Shown: positions 24,493 through 39,544, numbered from the stretch's first letter. The stretch: DNA of 64,000 nt from Candidatus Poriferihabitans sp. (GCA_965220975.1 OZ244855.1:1390730-1454729), one strand, 5' to 3'. Numbers and translations: made by a program. The notes: generated from the letters alone by a model not told the origin.

Positions 24493-26589
24493 CTATGCAG
24501 CATTCCTGATCGTGCAAGCAACACTCTCGGGAACTTGTGTATACCGTTTGAATTCCATCGAGTAACTGGCACGACCTTGAGTTGCTGACCGAAGTGTAGT
24601 TGCATAACCAAATAGTTCGGATAACGGGACTTCTGCACGAATGGTCTTGCCACCCGGTGAATCCTCCATTTCCATAATCAAGCCACGGCGTGCACTCAAA
24701 TCACCGTTCACATTGCCCATGTATTCTTCCGGGGTAACCACTTCAACAGCCATGATTGGCTCCAGTAGCTGCGGATCTGCTTTGCGTGATGCTTCACGGA
24801 AAGCCATCGATGCTGCCGCCTTGAAAGCCTGCTCAGAGGAATCGACTTCATGATAAGAACCAAAGAACAGAATCACCTTGACGTCAATCACCGGATAACC
24901 GGCTACAACTCCAGCCTGCATGCTGGCTTTGATGCCTTTGTCGACCGATGGGATATATTCCTTGGGAATTACTCCGCCCTTGATCCGGTCAATAAATTCG
25001 TAACCCGATCCGGGTTGCCCCGGTTCCAAACGAATGCAAACATGACCGTACTGACCACGTCCTCCGGTCTGCTTGATATACTTGTATTCCTGTTCAGTGG
25101 TTTTCAAGATGGTTTCCCGATAGGAGACCTGTGGACGACCGATGTTTGCATCGACATTAAACTCTCTCTTCAAGCGATCAACAATAATGTCAAGATGCAA
25201 CTCGCCCATTCCTGAAATAATGGTCTGGCCGGACTCTTCGTCAGAACTGACCCGAAAAGAGGGATCCTCTCTCGCCAATTTGACCAGTGCCACCCCCAGC
25301 TTCTCCTGGTCGGCATGCGTTCTGGGCTCTACGGCCTGAGATATGACCGGTTCAGGAAAATCAATTTGTTCAAGAACGACAGGCTGAGCAGGGTCACACA
25401 AGGTATCTCCAGTGGTTACGCTTTTGAGACCCACTGTTGCAACGATGTCTCCCGTGGATACGGTCTCGATATCCTGTCTATCGTTGGAATGCATTTGCAG
25501 AATCCGACCGATTCGTTCTTTCTTGCCTTTTAGCGGGTTGAACACCGTCGTTCCGGTTTTCAATTTCCCGGAATACACGCGCATGTAGACCAATTGCCCA
25601 AAAAATGGATCCGACATCAATTTGAAGGCCAAAGCGGCAAAGGGCTCCATGTCATCGGCTTTACGAATGACCTTGGATTCTCCATCCACACTGATCCCTT
25701 CAATAGCCGGGATATCCAGCGGATTCGGCAGGTAATCAATGATTCCATCTAGCAGGGCTTGCACGCCTTTGTTTCGAAAAGCGGATCCGCAAAACACTGG
25801 AACAATCTCATTTCTCAGGGTCAACTCGCGCAATCCGTCACGGATCTCTGATTCACTCAAATTACCGCTATCCAGGTATTTCTCCATGAGTTCATCGTTA
25901 CTTTCTGCAGCAGTTTCAAGAAGATCGCTTCTAGCTTGTTGACATTCAGCAACTAGCTCAGGCGGGATCTCTGCTTGCTCAAACTCGATACCCATGTTTT
26001 CGGCCTTCCAGTAGATTGCCTTCATCTTGATCAGATCGACCACGCCTTGGAAATCATCTTCCGTGCCGATGTTCACTTGCATCAACACTGGACGACCTTT
26101 CAGGCGATTCTTGATTTGCACAACAACTCGTTCAAGATCAGCCCCAGTCCGATCCATCTTGTTCACAAAAGCCAATCTTGGCACTTGATATTTATCCGCC
26201 TGACGCCAAACCGTCTCCGATTGGGGCTCTACCCCGCCGACGGCGCAAAAAACAGCTATTGCTCCATCCAAAACCCGCAATGAACGCTCAACTTCAATGG
26301 TAAAATCAACATGACCGGGGGTATCAATGATATTGATTCGGTGTTGCTCGCGGTTGCCGTCCATGCCTGACCAGAAACAGGTTGTTGCTGCCGAAGTGAT
26401 GGTGATTCCTCGCTCCTGTTCCTGTTCCATCCAGTCCATCACTGCATTACCGTCATGTACTTCGCCGATCTTGTGAGAAATACCGGTGTAGAACAATACA
26501 CGCTCGGTTGTCGTAGTTTTACCGGCATCGATATGGGCCATAATGCCAATATTGCGGTAACGATCGAGCGGCGTGCTTGGTTGTGACAT
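24493..26589 (-). CDS. fusA: Elongation factor G
   Basis: [32 protein letters not shown]. Confidence 0.98.
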   Translation of the reverse strand: MSQPSTPLDRYRNIGIMAHIDAGKTTTTERVLFYTGISHKIGEVHDGNAVMDWMEQEQERGITITSAATTCFWSGMDGNREQHRINIIDTPGHVDFTIEVERSLRVLDGAIAVFCAVGGVEPQSETVWRQADKYQVPRLAFVNKMDRTGADLERVVVQIKNRLKGRPVLMQVNIGTEDDFQGVVDLIKMKAIYWKAENMGIEFEQAEIPPELVAECQQARSDLLETAAESNDELMEKYLDSGNLSESEIRDGLRELTLRNEIVPVFCGSAFRNKGVQALLDGIIDYLPNPLDIPAIEGISVDGESKVIRKADDMEPFAALAFKLMSDPFFGQLVYMRVYSGKLKTGTTVFNPLKGKKERIGRILQMHSNDRQDIETVSTGDIVATVGLKSVTTGDTLCDPAQPVVLEQIDFPEPVISQAVEPRTHADQEKLGVALVKLAREDPSFRVSSDEESGQTIISGMGELHLDIIVDRLKREFNVDANIGRPQVSYRETILKTTEQEYKYIKQTGGRGQYGHVCIRLEPGQPGSGYEFIDRIKGGVIPKEYIPSVDKGIKASMQAGVVAGYPVIDVKVILFFGSYHEVDSSEQAFKAAASMAFREASRKADPQLLEPIMAVEVVTPEEYMGNVNGDLSARRGLIMEMEDSPGGKTIRAEVPLSELFGYATTLRSATQGRASYSMEFKRYTQVPESVACTIRNAA

Positions 26590-26606
26590 CTTGATGTGGA
26601 CTCAGG

Positions 26607-27104
<498 letters not shown>

Positions 27105-27109
27105 TTATC

Positions 27110-27292
27110 GCTTGAATCATGATAAATTACAGGGGCATCTCGAAGGATTGCCCAGTTGTCAACATCAAAAACTCATCTGGCTTACACCATTCGCCCAAAC
27201 GAGGGCTTTCAATTCAATTCCGGGACCCAGTGCTATCCCACCCGGGTCAGACTTGGGGGGATGATCAAGATTCTCTCAAATCATATTCAAGC
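27110..27292 (-). promoter_or_regulatory. Candidate structured rpsL-rpsG intercistronic RNA
   Basis: Closing stem GCUUGAAUAUGAU / AUCAUGAUUCAAGC encloses at least three hairpins within a 226-nt spacer. Confidence 0.5.
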
Positions 27293-27303
27293 ATCAGGCC
27301 CAT

Positions 27304-27678
27304 TCAGGATTTTGGTCTTTTCGCTCCATATTTTGAGCGTCCCTGACGCCGATCTGAAACACCGGATGTATCCAATGCCCCACGCACCGTGTGGTATCGA
27401 ACACCTGGCAAGTCCTTTACTCTTCCACCACGCAACAAAATAACAGAGTGTTCCTGCAAGTTGTGTCCCTCACCACCGATATAGGTTGTTACTTCATAGC
27501 CATTGGTCAAACGAACACGGGCAACTTTCCTGAGAGCAGAGTTGGGTTTTTTCGGTGTAGTGGTGTAAACACGGGTACACACCCCACGTTTCTGCGGGCA
27601 AGATTGCAAGGCTGGTACGTTCGTCTTTTTGATCTGACGACGACGCGGTGACCGAACCAATTGGTTTAATGTCGGCAT
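27304..27678 (-). CDS. rpsL: 30S ribosomal protein uS12
   Basis: [32 protein letters not shown]. Confidence 0.99.
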   Translation of the reverse strand: MPTLNQLVRSPRRRQIKKTNVPALQSCPQKRGVCTRVYTTTPKKPNSALRKVARVRLTNGYEVTTYIGGEGHNLQEHSVILLRGGRVKDLPGVRYHTVRGALDTSGVSDRRQGRSKYGAKRPKS

Positions 27679-27796
27679 ACTTCTGTTGTTTTAATCCAGG
27701 CTAAATCGGTTCGTCAGCATGATTCAAGCAATATACAACCCTGATTGAACAGGATTCAGTTGCTATATCACCAGCTTCCGAAAATTAGAGGCGCAG

Positions 27797-27825
27797 ATTC
27801 TATTCCATGAAGCGATTCTTGTCAA
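27797..27825 (-). promoter_or_regulatory. Sigma70 promoter of the str operon
   Basis: TTGACA-17 bp-TAGAAT followed by GC-rich discriminator CTGCGCC, ~120 nt upstream of rpsL. Confidence 0.8.
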
Positions 27826-29108
27826 GAAATTATCCCGTTTTTTTTCGACTTCTTTTTGATCGGCAAGCCAGAGGATTTTCATGCGGCAAAACAACCGCTC
27901 AAAATACTCCGAAATTCTTGATAATATGGTTTTCGAGAAAGCTGGCATTTCATCCGAATCTGGCGATTTGTGATATTCAGCCGACCTAGTGAACAATGCC
28001 TTTTGCCAGCCCCCAGTCACATCCTCTGCGATATTTCCCATCCCGTGAATTCCCTTGCAGCAGGTCATAAGCACATCATGACTCTGATTTCAGAAAATTG
28101 TTCAAGCCTTTTCCATTTGGTTATTTTATTTTCCACCAACCGAAATCTTGATAATTTGTCGTCCAGCTGCTTTGACCTTGCAGTTTGACAATTCGCAGCA
28201 TTACAAAACCTGATTGACACTTCCATCGGGATCATTAAACCTGATCGTGCGGTAAACTCCCATAGCACTGGCGACATCATAAGCCCTTCAAGCTTAAGGA
28301 TTCATTTCTTTTTCATGAAACCATATTGTGGAGACAAGGTGTTCCATGGTGTTTCAAGTTGAATGTACCTTCTTGCTCTACTGGCTTTGCTTTCGAAAGC
28401 ATGGGACATTGACAAACTTGTACAACACCAGAAATTCCAATGGTAGGGATGGTTTCCTGATACCGATCTTCATGGCAATTGATTCGCTTCTGAGAGTGCG
28501 GATACAGCCTAATTTCCGAAAAAGTTCCATTTGACCAAATAAATCAATATATTGAGAAAAAGCCGATTATTGACTACTCGCCCCTATGCATTAGGTCTAT
28601 GGAATGAATATCTACCATCTGGAAGCTCGATGTACAGCTCTGTCATCGATTGGAATTTCTTCGAATCTTTCAATCAACACCGGTGAACAGGACCACTCTG
28701 GTATCAGCAGCCATTAAGCAATCGTCTTTTCACGATTGGAAGCAGATGCGCGCCGTGATCGGATTCTCAGACCAATGGCAGGTTTTGTTCCCACTACTGG
28801 CCACGCAGCTGATCCAATTTCTCGAGAGCATGGACAGACACAAATGCAGATCAGCAATGTGATCAGACTGGTACGATAAGAGGATGCAAGAGAATGCTCG
28901 AAGAAAACATGTCGATTTCAGTATTACTCGCTATTGAATGGAGAAACACCCAATAGCCGACTACATCGTTTTCATGAGGAAAGACTAGTCAGCCCGAACA
29001 TTCATTGCTACTGGTCTGCATGCCTTGCAATCATTATTATATAGCCGGGTGCAGGGGAGCTTGATCATGCCCCATCTACTCGGCAGTTACTGCGAATTGA
29101 ATAACGAT

Positions 29109-32100
29109 TCACTCGCTCAAATCTTCTTGTGGTTCGGTTTGGATTACGTTAATTCCACTCGGTTCTGTCGAAGCCGTATCTTGTAGCGGCAAAAGATCGG
29201 TTTCATCCTCTTCCAGAACATTCATTTCCGGAAATAACTGTGAAAATTCACTTTCAGCGTCGAGACCATTCAATTTCGCGCGTTTTCTTGCCTCATGATG
29301 CTCCATACCGGTTCCGGCAGGAATCAAACGTCCTACAATTACATTCTCTTTGAGACCTCGCAAATTATCGACCTTGCCATTGATTGATGCATTGGTCAAC
29401 ACTCGGGTAGTCTCCTGGAACGATGCCGCAGATATAAATGATTCCGTGGTCAATGATGCTTTTGTAATTCCCAGCAATTCGGGAGCAAAAATTGCGGGGC
29501 GCTTCCCCTCCTCCTCTAATTTCTCATTCTCTACCAAGATTGACGATTTCTCTACCTGCTCATCACGCAAGTACTTGCTATCACCCGGATCCACAATGCG
29601 AACTTTTCTCAGCATTTGCCGGACAATTACCTCTATGTGCTTGTCATTGATTGTCACTCCTTGCAACTGATAGACATCCTGAACCTCATTCACAATGTAA
29701 TCGGTCAAAGCCATGACACCACGATGCTCTAGAATATCCGTGGCTAATGGTGGACCCTCAACAACAACATCTCCCTTTTTCACGGTTTCCCCTTCAAAAA
29801 CTTCAATTCTTCTTGTTTTTGGAATCAGCATCGAATCGACTTCATCTTCACCGGAAATCAGCAATCTATACTTGCTTTTGGTTTCCTTTCCAAACGAAAT
29901 CACACCATCACGACTAGCCATAATAGCCGGTTCTTTGGGTTTGCGTGCCTCAAACAACTCAGCCACGCGAGGCAAGCCTCCAGTAATATCTTGAGTCTTG
30001 GAAGACTCCTGAGGAATCCTTGCAATCACATCCCCCATGTGTATCTGCTGTCCATCTTCTACCATTACAATTGAGTCGGACGGCAGATGATAACTTGCAT
30101 CAACATCCGTACCCGGTATCTTGATCGGGCGATCATCATCATCCACCAGGGAAATGATCGGCTTGATGTCGACCGCACTACCTCGACGACGCTGAGGATC
30201 GATAACCACGTAAGTACTCTTGCCAGTTAGATCATCGGTTTGCTTGATGACGGTCACGTCCTCCTCAAGACCCGAAAATACGACTCTTCCATCCACCTCA
30301 GTAACAATTGGATGTGTATGAGGGTCCCAAGTTGCAACGATTTCACCCGCATTTACTTGCGTTCCTTCGTTCACACTCAACACAGCACCATAGGGCAATT
30401 TATGGCGCTCAAGATCTCGCCCGAGATTGTCCTGAACAATCAATTCTGAAGAGCGAATGACGACAACTTGATTGCCATCCGTATTCTCGACAAGCTTTTC
30501 ACCTTTCAGGTGAACTTTTCCCGAGTTCTTCAAGATAATGTTACTAACTACCGAAGAACCGGATGCAGCACCACCTATGTGGAAGGTTCTCATGGTAAGC
30601 TGTGTGCCCGGTTCACCAATCGATTGTGCAGCAATCACGCCAACCGCTTCTCCGACATTGATGAGATGTCCACGACCAAGATCTCGTCCATAACACATGG
30701 AGCAAACCCCATAACGAGTTTCACATGTTACTGCCGAACGGACTCGAACCTCATGCAGGTTCGCGTCCTCTATGCGTCGAATCGCCATTTCATCAATCAT
30801 TTCATCCTTGGCAACTAGCATCTCCCCCGTTTCAGGATGAATCAGGTCCTCAGTAGGCAAGCGTCCAAGAATTCGGTCGGCTAAAGGCACAACCACATCA
30901 CCACCTTGAACTTGAGCTTCTCTCAATAGACCATTCGAAGTACCGCAGTCATGTTCTAAAATGACCAAATCCTGACAAACGTCAACCAGGCGTCGAGTCA
31001 GATAACCCGAGTTTGCGGTCTTTAACGCAGTATCTGCCAAACCCTTACGAGCACCGTGAGTAGAGATAAAATACTGAAATACATTCAACCCTTCCCGAAA
31101 GTTAGCGGTAATCGGAGTTTCCATAATCGATCCGTCAGGCTTGGCCATCAACCCGCGCATTCCGGCTAATTGCCGAATCTGCGCCTGCGAACCCCGAGCA
31201 CCAGAGTCCGCCATCATGTAGATTGAATTGAACGAATCCTGCTCAACTTCATTTCCATCCTGATCCGTGACTTGGTCAATCCCAATCTCCTGCATCATGG
31301 AGTTTCCGACCTGTTCACTGGTACGAGTCCAAATATCAACGACCTTGTTGTAACGTTCACCATCGGTTAACAGACCATCATCATATTGCTGCTTGATCTC
31401 AACCACTTCGGCCACTGCATTATCCAGAATTCCAGCCTTGCTTCCGGGAATCACCATATCGTCAACACCAATTGATATTCCGGAATAAGCTGCCATGCGA
31501 AAGCCTTCATACATCAACTGATCGGCAAATATTACTGTCTCTTTCAAGCCGACCTGCCGATAGGAGGTGTTGATCAAACCCGAGATGGTTTTTTTCTTCA
31601 TTGGTTTGTCAATCAACTCGAAACTTAATTGACGAGGCAATATTTCTGATAGCATTGCTCGGCCGACGGTTGTTTCTACCATCTTTGACTGCCCAGTATC
31701 GAGACCTTCTTCGTCATACACTGGCAATCGGACTTTTATGCGAGCATGCAGATGGGCTTGACCCGTTTCAAAGGCTCTGCGCACCTCGTTGACATCCGCA
31801 AAACAACTTCCCGTACCTTTCGCCTGAATATCCTCACGGGTCATGTAATACAGACCAAGCACAATATCCTGTGATGGCACAATAATCGGTTCACCATTGG
31901 CCGGCGAGAGGATGTTGTTGGTGGACATCATCAAGCTTCTGGCTTCAAGTTGCGCCTCAATCGACAAGGGTACGTGAACTGCCATCTGGTCGCCATCGAA
32001 ATCGGCATTGTACGGAGCACAAACCAGGGGATGCAACTGAATCGCCTTGCCCTCGATCAGAATCGGCTCAAAGGCCTGAATGCCAAGCCTGTGCAAGGTT

Positions 32101-33380
32101 GGTGCACGATTCAGCAAAACCGGATGTTCGCGAATTACCTCTGCCAGAATATCCCAGATTTCCGGACTTTCATTCTCAACCATCTTCTTGGACTGCTTGA
32201 TATTCGTAGTTAGCCCTCGACCCTCGAGTTTACTGAAGATGAAAGGTTTGAATAATTCCAGTGCCATTTTCTTGGGCAATCCACATTGGTGCAACTTCAG
32301 CGTAGGTCCAACTACAATGACCGACCGGCCCGAGTAGTCAACTCGCTTGCCAAGCAAATTCTGACGGAAGCGGCCCTGCTTGCCCTTGATCATGTCGGAA
32401 ATCGATTTCAACTGACGTTTATTGGGACCAGTAATCGCCTTGCCTCGTCGACCGTTGTCAAGCATCGCGTCAACCGCTTCCTGAAGCATGCGTTTCTCAT
32501 TGCGCACAATCAAATCAGGTGCATTCAAATCCAGCAAACGCTTCAATCGATTATTTCGATTAATGACCCGTCGATACAAGTCATTCAGATCGGATGTAGC
32601 AAATCGACCTCCTTCCAACGGAACCAGTGGTCGAAGGTCAGGAGGGAGGACCGGCAACACATCCATAATCATCCAGCTTGGATTGTTTCCCGAGTTCAAG
32701 AAGGCCTCGATTACTTTCAATCGACTGGTGAGTTTCTTTTGCTTTGTTTCCGATTTGGTCAGTTCAAGCTCCTCACGCAAGATTTCGGCTTCAATTTCGA
32801 GATCAGTCTCTTTGAGCAATACACGAATAGCCTCGGCACCCATCGCCGCTTCAAAATCACTGCCAAATTTTGTTATTGCTTCGTGATAACTTTCCTCGTT
32901 CAACAATTGACCACGTTCAAGATCCGACAAGCCCGGATCAATCACCACATAAGCTTCGAAATACAGAATTCGCTCCATATCTCGAACCGTCATATCCAAC
33001 AACAACCCAAGTCTGGATGGCAATGATTTCAAAAACCAGATATGAGCACACGGAGCAGCCAGTTCAATATGACCCATTCGCTCCCTGCGAACTTTTGAAA
33101 GCGTTACCTCAACCCCGCATTTCTCACAAATCACCCCTCGGTGCTTGAGACGCTTGTATTTACCACATAGACATTCATAGTCATTGATTGGACCAAACAA
33201 TTTGGCACAAAATAAACCATCTCGTTCTGGACGGAAAGTTCTGTAATTGATCGTTTCAGGTTTCTTGACCTCGCCATATGACCAGGATCGTACTTTTTCC
33301 GGAGAAGCAATTCCGACTCGAATTGAATCGAATTCCTCGTTAACTTGCGCCTGCTTGAATAGATTAAAGATGTCTTTCAT
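29109..33380 (-). CDS. rpoC: RNA polymerase beta' subunit
   Basis: [10 protein letters not shown] catalytic motif, [17 protein letters not shown]; acidic C-terminal tail. Confidence 0.99.
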   Translation of the reverse strand: MKDIFNLFKQAQVNEEFDSIRVGIASPEKVRSWSYGEVKKPETINYRTFRPERDGLFCAKLFGPINDYECLCGKYKRLKHRGVICEKCGVEVTLSKVRRERMGHIELAAPCAHIWFLKSLPSRLGLLLDMTVRDMERILYFEAYVVIDPGLSDLERGQLLNEESYHEAITKFGSDFEAAMGAEAIRVLLKETDLEIEAEILREELELTKSETKQKKLTSRLKVIEAFLNSGNNPSWMIMDVLPVLPPDLRPLVPLEGGRFATSDLNDLYRRVINRNNRLKRLLDLNAPDLIVRNEKRMLQEAVDAMLDNGRRGKAITGPNKRQLKSISDMIKGKQGRFRQNLLGKRVDYSGRSVIVVGPTLKLHQCGLPKKMALELFKPFIFSKLEGRGLTTNIKQSKKMVENESPEIWDILAEVIREHPVLLNRAPTLHRLGIQAFEPILIEGKAIQLHPLVCAPYNADFDGDQMAVHVPLSIEAQLEARSLMMSTNNILSPANGEPIIVPSQDIVLGLYYMTREDIQAKGTGSCFADVNEVRRAFETGQAHLHARIKVRLPVYDEEGLDTGQSKMVETTVGRAMLSEILPRQLSFELIDKPMKKKTISGLINTSYRQVGLKETVIFADQLMYEGFRMAAYSGISIGVDDMVIPGSKAGILDNAVAEVVEIKQQYDDGLLTDGERYNKVVDIWTRTSEQVGNSMMQEIGIDQVTDQDGNEVEQDSFNSIYMMADSGARGSQAQIRQLAGMRGLMAKPDGSIMETPITANFREGLNVFQYFISTHGARKGLADTALKTANSGYLTRRLVDVCQDLVILEHDCGTSNGLLREAQVQGGDVVVPLADRILGRLPTEDLIHPETGEMLVAKDEMIDEMAIRRIEDANLHEVRVRSAVTCETRYGVCSMCYGRDLGRGHLINVGEAVGVIAAQSIGEPGTQLTMRTFHIGGAASGSSVVSNIILKNSGKVHLKGEKLVENTDGNQVVVIRSSELIVQDNLGRDLERHKLPYGAVLSVNEGTQVNAGEIVATWDPHTHPIVTEVDGRVVFSGLEEDVTVIKQTDDLTGKSTYVVIDPQRRRGSAVDIKPIISLVDDDDRPIKIPGTDVDASYHLPSDSIVMVEDGQQIHMGDVIARIPQESSKTQDITGGLPRVAELFEARKPKEPAIMASRDGVISFGKETKSKYRLLISGEDEVDSMLIPKTRRIEVFEGETVKKGDVVVEGPPLATDILEHRGVMALTDYIVNEVQDVYQLQGVTINDKHIEVIVRQMLRKVRIVDPGDSKYLRDEQVEKSSILVENEKLEEEGKRPAIFAPELLGITKASLTTESFISAASFQETTRVLTNASINGKVDNLRGLKENVIVGRLIPAGTGMEHHEARKRAKLNGLDAESEFSQLFPEMNVLEEDETDLLPLQDTASTEPSGINVIQTEPQEDLSE

Positions 33381-33482
33381 TTACTGCCTCTTGTTTCCGT
33401 CGGTTGTCTCGGATAACACCCGAGGGACCTGTTTTCAGTTGCAAACTGCTACTACACGATAAACCAATGATCATGAGATGAT

Positions 33483-36400
33483 TTACCTTAATCTATCCTC
33501 GCGGAAATCAAGGCTTAGCCCCAACGCTCGAATCTCCTTGACCAGAACATTAAAGGACTCCGGCATACCAGCATAAATTCCTTGATCACCCCGAACGATG
33601 CTTTCATAAATCGAGGATCGACCGGATACGTCATCCGATTTCACTGTCAACATTTCTTGAAGCGTATAAGCCGCTCCGTAAGCCTCTAACGCCCAAACTT
33701 CCATTTCTCCAAATCGTTGACCACCAAATTGAGCCTTGCCGCCCAGTGGTTGCTGGGTAATTAGGCTGTAGGGGCCTGTTGACCGGGCATGCATCTTGTC
33801 ATCAACCAAGTGGTTGAGTTTTAGAATATACATGTACCCGCAGGTTACTTTACGATCAAACGGCTCACCCGTCCTTCCATCATAGAGAGTGGTCTGACCG
33901 CTTTCCGGCAATTCCGCGAGCTTGAGCATTTTCTTTATTTCACTTTCCTGCGCACCATCAAAAACCGGAGTCGCCATGGGTACACCATCGACCAGGTTGC
34001 TGGCCAATTCAAACAACTCTTCTTCTGAAAATTCACTGAGCGTTTCCTTCTTTCCTGAAGTGTTGTAAATTTTTTCCAGCATCTTTCGAAGCTGTGTCTT
34101 CGTCGGTTTTTTCTTGCGCTTGAGAGCCTCGTTAATCTGCTCTCCCAACTTTTTGCCGGCCCAGCCAAGATGGGTTTCAAGCACCTGACCTACGTTCATT
34201 CTCGAAGGAACCCCTAGCGGATTCAAACAAATGTCAACGGCTGTACCATCGGCCATGTATGGCATGTCTTCAACTGGAACGATCTTGGAAATGACTCCCT
34301 TGTTTCCATGCCGGCCCGCCATCTTGTCTCCGGGTTGCAGATGACGCTTGACTGCAACAAAAATCTTGACGATCTTCAGCACCGTTGGTGCCAAATCATC
34401 ACCTGCTTCAATCTTTTCACGCTTCTCGTCAAACCTCCGCTCAAATTCCTTTTTCTGCGCTTTCATCTGGGTCCGAATCTTTTCTACAGACCGATTGACA
34501 CTTTCATCCTCAACCGAAATCTTGAACCATTTCTTGCGCTCCATGCCACTGAGGAGCTCCTCGGTAATCTCGGCCCCAGCTTTCAGGTCTGGGCCACTCG
34601 TTGCCGTTTGGCCCATCAGTAATGCACTGGTTCGAGCATAAGCATCTTTTTCCATGATGCGTTGCTGATCTTCCAAATCCTTGCGCACGGCTTCAACTTC
34701 CGATTTGTCATTTGACTTGGCCCGCTCATCTTTTTCGGTTCCGTCTCTGGTGAATACCTGAACATCGATTACCGTTCCTTTCATGCCCGACGGCATGCGA
34801 AGTGAAGTATCCTTGACATCAGAGGCCTTTTCACCAAAAATGGCTCTCAACAATTTCTCTTCAGGCGAGAGCTGTGTTTCACCTTTTGGAGTGATTTTGC
34901 CCACCAGAATATTGCCCGGATGCACTTCCGCGCCAATATAGACAATCCCGGACTCGTCAAGCTTCGAGAGTGCCTGTTCGCCAACATTCGGTATATCTCG
35001 ACCAATTTCCTCTGAACCAAGCTTGGTTTCACGAGCGGTACAGACCAATTCTTCAATATGAATGGATGTATAAATCTCGTCCTTGACCAACTGCTCGGAA
35101 ATCAGGATTGAATCCTCAAAGTTGTAGCCGTGCCACGGCATAAATGCAACCAGGACATTGCGACCAAGTGCGAGTTCACCCAAATCGGTTGACGGACCAT
35201 CTGCCAACACATCACCCTTGTTGACCGTATCGCCGGGCACCACCAAGGGTTTTTGATTGATATTGGTATTCTGGTTTGAACGTCGAAATTTGATCAGATT
35301 GTAGATATCAATGCCCGACTCGCCTTCAATGTTTTCTTCATCGTTCGCTCGAACCACGATTCGACCGGCATCAACAAAATCGACCACCCCGCCGCGCCGC
35401 GCGGTTACTGTTACTCCTGAGTCAACTGCTACCGGTCTCTCCATTCCCGTACCAACCAGTGGCTTTTCACTCTTTAGAACCGGCACAGCTTGACGTTGCA
35501 TATTGGCACCCATCAATGCACGGTTTGCATCATCATGCTCCAGAAATGGGACCAGCGAAGCGGCCACAGAGACAATTTGCTGAGGAGCAATATCAATATA
35601 ATCAACCTGATCAGGACTCGATAATGAATACTCGTTTTTATGTCGGCAGGAAATCAACTGATCAACAAACCGGCCATTCTTGTCCAAAGCGGCATTGGCT
35701 TGAGCAATGACATGCTTATGCTCATCAATCGCCGAGAGATACTCGACTTGGTCAGTTACCTTGCGGTCAACCACTCTCCGATACGGGGTCTCCAGAAAAC
35801 CATATTCGTTGGTCTTTGCAAAGCAGGACATGGAGTTGATCAGACCGATGTTTGGCCCTTCCGGCGTCTCAATCGGACACACCCTGCCGTAATGAGTCGG
35901 ATGCACATCACGCACTTCAAATCCCGCTCGCTCTCGTGCCAGACCACCCGGACCCAATGCCGAAACCCGACGCTTGTGAGTAACTTCCGAAAGCGGATTG
36001 GTCTGATCCATAAACTGTGACAGCTGACTGGATCCAAAAAATTCCCGGACCACGGCAGACACTGGTTTGGCATTAATCAAATCCTGCGGCGTCAGATTTT
36101 CACTCTCGACCTGACTCAATCTCTCCTTCACTGCACGCTCAACACGTACCAGGCCAATCCGAAATTGATTTTCTACTAACTCGCCAACCGAGCGAACTCG
36201 CCGATTGCCGAGGTTGTCAATATCATCCACTTCTCCTTTGCCATTCTTCAGGGCAACAATTTTGCGAATGACATCCACTATATCCTGTTTGTTTAGCGTA
36301 CCTGGGCCTTCTTCAGAGTCCCTTCCCAAACGGCGATTCAGCTTCATTCGACCAACCGCTGACAAGTCATACCTTTCGGGATTGAAGAACAAATTGGTAA

Positions 36401-37571
36401 ACAGTGAAGAGTAGGCATCCTTGGTCGGAGGCTCTCCTGGCCGCATCATCCGGTAGATTTCAGCTTGTGCCTCATCAGCATTGGTTGTCGAATCGACACG
36501 AAGCGTCTCCGATATAAAAGGCCCGCAATCAATGTCATTGGTATAAATTGTCTCGAAATCTCGGATGTTCTCTTCCTCAATTTTCTCGATCATCTCGTTG
36601 GTAACAACTTGATTCGCTTCGAAAAGAACCTCTCCAGTCTCCTCAGAAACGATCGCCCTTGCGAGAGCATTGCCAAGAACATAGGCTTTTGGCACCTTGA
36701 TTTGACGTAGCCTGGATTTTGAAATCTCCTTGATGTGTCGGGCAGTGATTCGCCTTCCAGCTTCGACAAGTACTGTACCCCTTGAATTCGTAATATCGAA
36801 TTCCAGCCTGAGACCGCGCAACCGCTCCGGCACCAAATCCATCATGACCGACTCTTCATCTTTCAGCACAAATCGATCATTCTCGAAAAATATCGAGAGG
36901 ATTTCTTCCGTGGTATAGCCCAGCGCTCTCAAAATTATGGTAGCTGGCATCTTTCGACGACGGTCTATACGCATGTAAAGAAGATCTTTCGGGTCAAATT
37001 CAAGATCTAACCAGGAACCTCGATACGGTATGATTCTGGATGAAAACAGCAACTTGCCCGAAGCGTGTGTCTTCCCGCCATCATCATCAAAAATCACCCC
37101 GGGTGACCGGTGCAGTTGCGAGACAATAACCCGTTCGGTGCCATTGATGATAAAAGTACCATGGTCGGTCATTAAAGGCATATCACCCAAATACACCTCC
37201 TGATCGATCCAGTTTTTGACTTTCTTGCTGCTGCCCGTTTTATTGAAGATGACCAGCTTTAGCCTCACACGAATCGGGCAAGAATAAATATGACCGCCTT
37301 GCTGGCATTCGAGGACGTCAAAACGCGGTTTATCGAGACGATAGCTAACAAAATCAAGCATTACGCTACCGTTATAACTTTCAATCGGAAATACCGACTT
37401 GAAAGCCGCCTGAATTCCCTGATCAATACGTTGCTCGGGTGGCGTATCCGCTTGCAAATACTTTTTGTATGACTCCAATTGAGTCTCCAACAGATATGGC
37501 AACTCAAAATCATCGGTACGCTTGCTGAAACTCTTCCGGATACGTTTCTTTTCGGTAAATGAATGACCCAT
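33483..37571 (-). CDS. rpoB: RNA polymerase beta subunit
   Basis: RIF-cluster [54 protein letters not shown]. Confidence 0.99.
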   Translation of the reverse strand: MGHSFTEKKRIRKSFSKRTDDFELPYLLETQLESYKKYLQADTPPEQRIDQGIQAAFKSVFPIESYNGSVMLDFVSYRLDKPRFDVLECQQGGHIYSCPIRVRLKLVIFNKTGSSKKVKNWIDQEVYLGDMPLMTDHGTFIINGTERVIVSQLHRSPGVIFDDDGGKTHASGKLLFSSRIIPYRGSWLDLEFDPKDLLYMRIDRRRKMPATIILRALGYTTEEILSIFFENDRFVLKDEESVMMDLVPERLRGLRLEFDITNSRGTVLVEAGRRITARHIKEISKSRLRQIKVPKAYVLGNALARAIVSEETGEVLFEANQVVTNEMIEKIEEENIRDFETIYTNDIDCGPFISETLRVDSTTNADEAQAEIYRMMRPGEPPTKDAYSSLFTNLFFNPERYDLSAVGRMKLNRRLGRDSEEGPGTLNKQDIVDVIRKIVALKNGKGEVDDIDNLGNRRVRSVGELVENQFRIGLVRVERAVKERLSQVESENLTPQDLINAKPVSAVVREFFGSSQLSQFMDQTNPLSEVTHKRRVSALGPGGLARERAGFEVRDVHPTHYGRVCPIETPEGPNIGLINSMSCFAKTNEYGFLETPYRRVVDRKVTDQVEYLSAIDEHKHVIAQANAALDKNGRFVDQLISCRHKNEYSLSSPDQVDYIDIAPQQIVSVAASLVPFLEHDDANRALMGANMQRQAVPVLKSEKPLVGTGMERPVAVDSGVTVTARRGGVVDFVDAGRIVVRANDEENIEGESGIDIYNLIKFRRSNQNTNINQKPLVVPGDTVNKGDVLADGPSTDLGELALGRNVLVAFMPWHGYNFEDSILISEQLVKDEIYTSIHIEELVCTARETKLGSEEIGRDIPNVGEQALSKLDESGIVYIGAEVHPGNILVGKITPKGETQLSPEEKLLRAIFGEKASDVKDTSLRMPSGMKGTVIDVQVFTRDGTEKDERAKSNDKSEVEAVRKDLEDQQRIMEKDAYARTSALLMGQTATSGPDLKAGAEITEELLSGMERKKWFKISVEDESVNRSVEKIRTQMKAQKKEFERRFDEKREKIEAGDDLAPTVLKIVKIFVAVKRHLQPGDKMAGRHGNKGVISKIVPVEDMPYMADGTAVDICLNPLGVPSRMNVGQVLETHLGWAGKKLGEQINEALKRKKKPTKTQLRKMLEKIYNTSGKKETLSEFSEEELFELASNLVDGVPMATPVFDGAQESEIKKMLKLAELPESGQTTLYDGRTGEPFDRKVTCGYMYILKLNHLVDDKMHARSTGPYSLITQQPLGGKAQFGGQRFGEMEVWALEAYGAAYTLQEMLTVKSDDVSGRSSIYESIVRGDQGIYAGMPESFNVLVKEIRALGLSLDFREDRLR

Positions 37572-37668
37572 GCTGACCTCTTGACAGAAATAACTAGAAA
37601 ATCCTGAACGGTTATCGAAGCCTTACTGAACAAACAGAGCTTCCAGATAACAAACACTCACATAACGA

Positions 37669-38058
37669 TTAGGTGAGCTCGACCGTTGCCCCCGATTCTT
37701 CCAGCTGCTTCTTCAACTCTTCTGCATCGGCTTTGGAGATCCCTTCTTTTACTGGACTCGGTACCCCTTCGACCAGGTCTTTCGCCTCTTTCAAACCAAG
37801 CCCGGTTACACTTCGGACCACTTTGATCACCGCGACTTTCTTGTCACCAAAACCTGTGAGAACGACATTCACTTCATCTTTCTCCTGGGCTTGAACAGCA
37901 CTCCCTGCGGCATCGCCACCGGCTCCTGCTGGAGCAACTGCAACAGCGGCGGACGCTGAAACACCGAATTTCTCTTCCATATCCTTAATTAACTCGGACA
38001 GATCCAAAACGGACATTTCAGAGATTGCATCAAGGATTTCTTCTTTACTTAAAGCCAT
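37669..38058 (-). CDS. rplL: 50S ribosomal protein bL12
   Basis: [24 protein letters not shown]. Confidence 0.98.
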   Translation of the reverse strand: MALSKEEILDAISEMSVLDLSELIKDMEEKFGVSASAAVAVAPAGAGGDAAGSAVQAQEKDEVNVVLTGFGDKKVAVIKVVRSVTGLGLKEAKDLVEGVPSPVKEGISKADAEELKKQLEESGATVELT

Positions 38059-38125
38059 ATTTCATTACTCCTGAAAGTTAGACAATGTTAATAGATATAA
38101 AGGGTAGAAGGCCTGCTAGCGAGAC

Positions 38126-38644
38126 CTATTCCCGGGAAGCCGCGACCGCGGCAAGGGTGCGTACAAACCTTGCGGGAATTTCGTTTAACGTGGATACAAG
38201 CTTGGCCGGGGGAGTCTTCATCCCGCCAACCAGCTTCGCTAACAGCTCTTCACGCGAAGGGGTCTTGGAAAGGCGAACGATGGTTTCATGATCAATCAGA
38301 GAACCACTCATCACCCCTACCGATATCTTGAATTCCTTGTTATCTTGCTCAAACCTGGTAATCACCTTGGCGAGCGATACCGGGTCTTTAGAGAGCGAAA
38401 ACAATATCGGTCCGACAAAATAGTCTGTCAGGCACTCAAAATCGGAATCCTTGATCGCACGCTTTGCAAGATTGTTCTTGACGACTTTGATCCACACGCC
38501 CTCGTCATGTGCAATGCGTCGCAGACTGGTCATCTGCTGAACACTCATTCCACGATACTCAGCCAGAACGCCAGCACTGGACTTGTCAATCGAGGCAACG
38601 ACCTCACCAACCAGCGCTTTTTTCTGTTCAAGACTTAGACTCAT
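38126..38644 (-). CDS. rplJ: 50S ribosomal protein uL10
   Basis: MSLSLEQKKALV (ATG 38644), EYRGMSV, KVVKNNLAKRA. Confidence 0.96.
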   Translation of the reverse strand: MSLSLEQKKALVGEVVASIDKSSAGVLAEYRGMSVQQMTSLRRIAHDEGVWIKVVKNNLAKRAIKDSDFECLTDYFVGPILFSLSKDPVSLAKVITRFEQDNKEFKISVGVMSGSLIDHETIVRLSKTPSREELLAKLVGGMKTPPAKLVSTLNEIPARFVRTLAAVAASRE

Positions 38645-38698
38645 AGTTACAATCTCCCATCTTATGGTGTCAGGAATCAGGCCCTTGACCCAGTCCGA

Positions 38699-38787
38699 AC
38701 ACCGTCTGCACAGGCTTTGCTTGGCTTGCTCCAAAGAGCAAGTCGAATCGCGCCATTATGGACTTTCAGTCCACCTGCGGTCTTTGA
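38699..38787 (-). promoter_or_regulatory. L10(L12) autoregulatory leader
   Basis: AAGACCGCAGG...CCUGUGCAGACGG flanking hairpins, matching the known L10-leader pattern, directly upstream of rplJ. Confidence 0.8.
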
Positions 38788-38842
38788 CAACATGTCTGGC
38801 AGATGCTCGCTCTACCGGACTCTTTCTTTCAATAATTAAAAA

Positions 38843-39544
38843 TCAGTGAATCGCAGAAATACTCTGCCGGTCCACTCGTACCCCTGGGCCCATAGTACTG
38901 GACACCGAAACCCGTTTGATAAACTGGCCTTTTGCAGATGCCGGTTTTGCCTTGACCAGGGCTGAGATCAACGCATTCACATTCTCGAGTAGACCCTCCG
39001 TTGAAAAGGAAGCCTTGCCGACTGAACAGTGAATCACGCCACCACGATCAATTCTGAAGCTGACTTGACCAGATTTTGCATTCTTGACTGCCGTCGCAGG
39101 GTCTGCAGTTACAGTGCCCACTTTCGGATTGGGCATCATTCCACGCGGGCCTAGAATCTGACCTAGCTGACCGACCATAGGCATGGTATCTGGGGTAGCA
39201 ATGCATAAGTCAAAATCAATTTTTCCTGCCTTTACGCTCTGTACCAAATCTTCGAGACCGACAATATCTGCCCCTGCCTCTTCAGCCGCTTTGGCATTGT
39301 CCCCAGTCGCAAACACTGCAACACGCAAATCCTTTCCGGTTCCGTTTGGAAGCACGGTTGCACCACGTACATTCTGATCGGATTTACGGGAATTTACACC
39401 CAGATTCACCGCAATATCAACACTTTCATCAAATTTGACGCTTGCATGCTCCTTTACCATGTTCAATGCATCGCTCAACGGATACAGTGCTTCCGGATCA
39501 ACCTGTTCACGATAGGAACGAACTCGTTTACTCCGTTTGCTCAT
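38843..39544 (-). CDS. rplA: 50S ribosomal protein uL1
   Basis: [35 protein letters not shown]. Confidence 0.98.
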   Translation of the reverse strand: MSKRSKRVRSYREQVDPEALYPLSDALNMVKEHASVKFDESVDIAVNLGVNSRKSDQNVRGATVLPNGTGKDLRVAVFATGDNAKAAEEAGADIVGLEDLVQSVKAGKIDFDLCIATPDTMPMVGQLGQILGPRGMMPNPKVGTVTADPATAVKNAKSGQVSFRIDRGGVIHCSVGKASFSTEGLLENVNALISALVKAKPASAKGQFIKRVSVSSTMGPGVRVDRQSISAIH

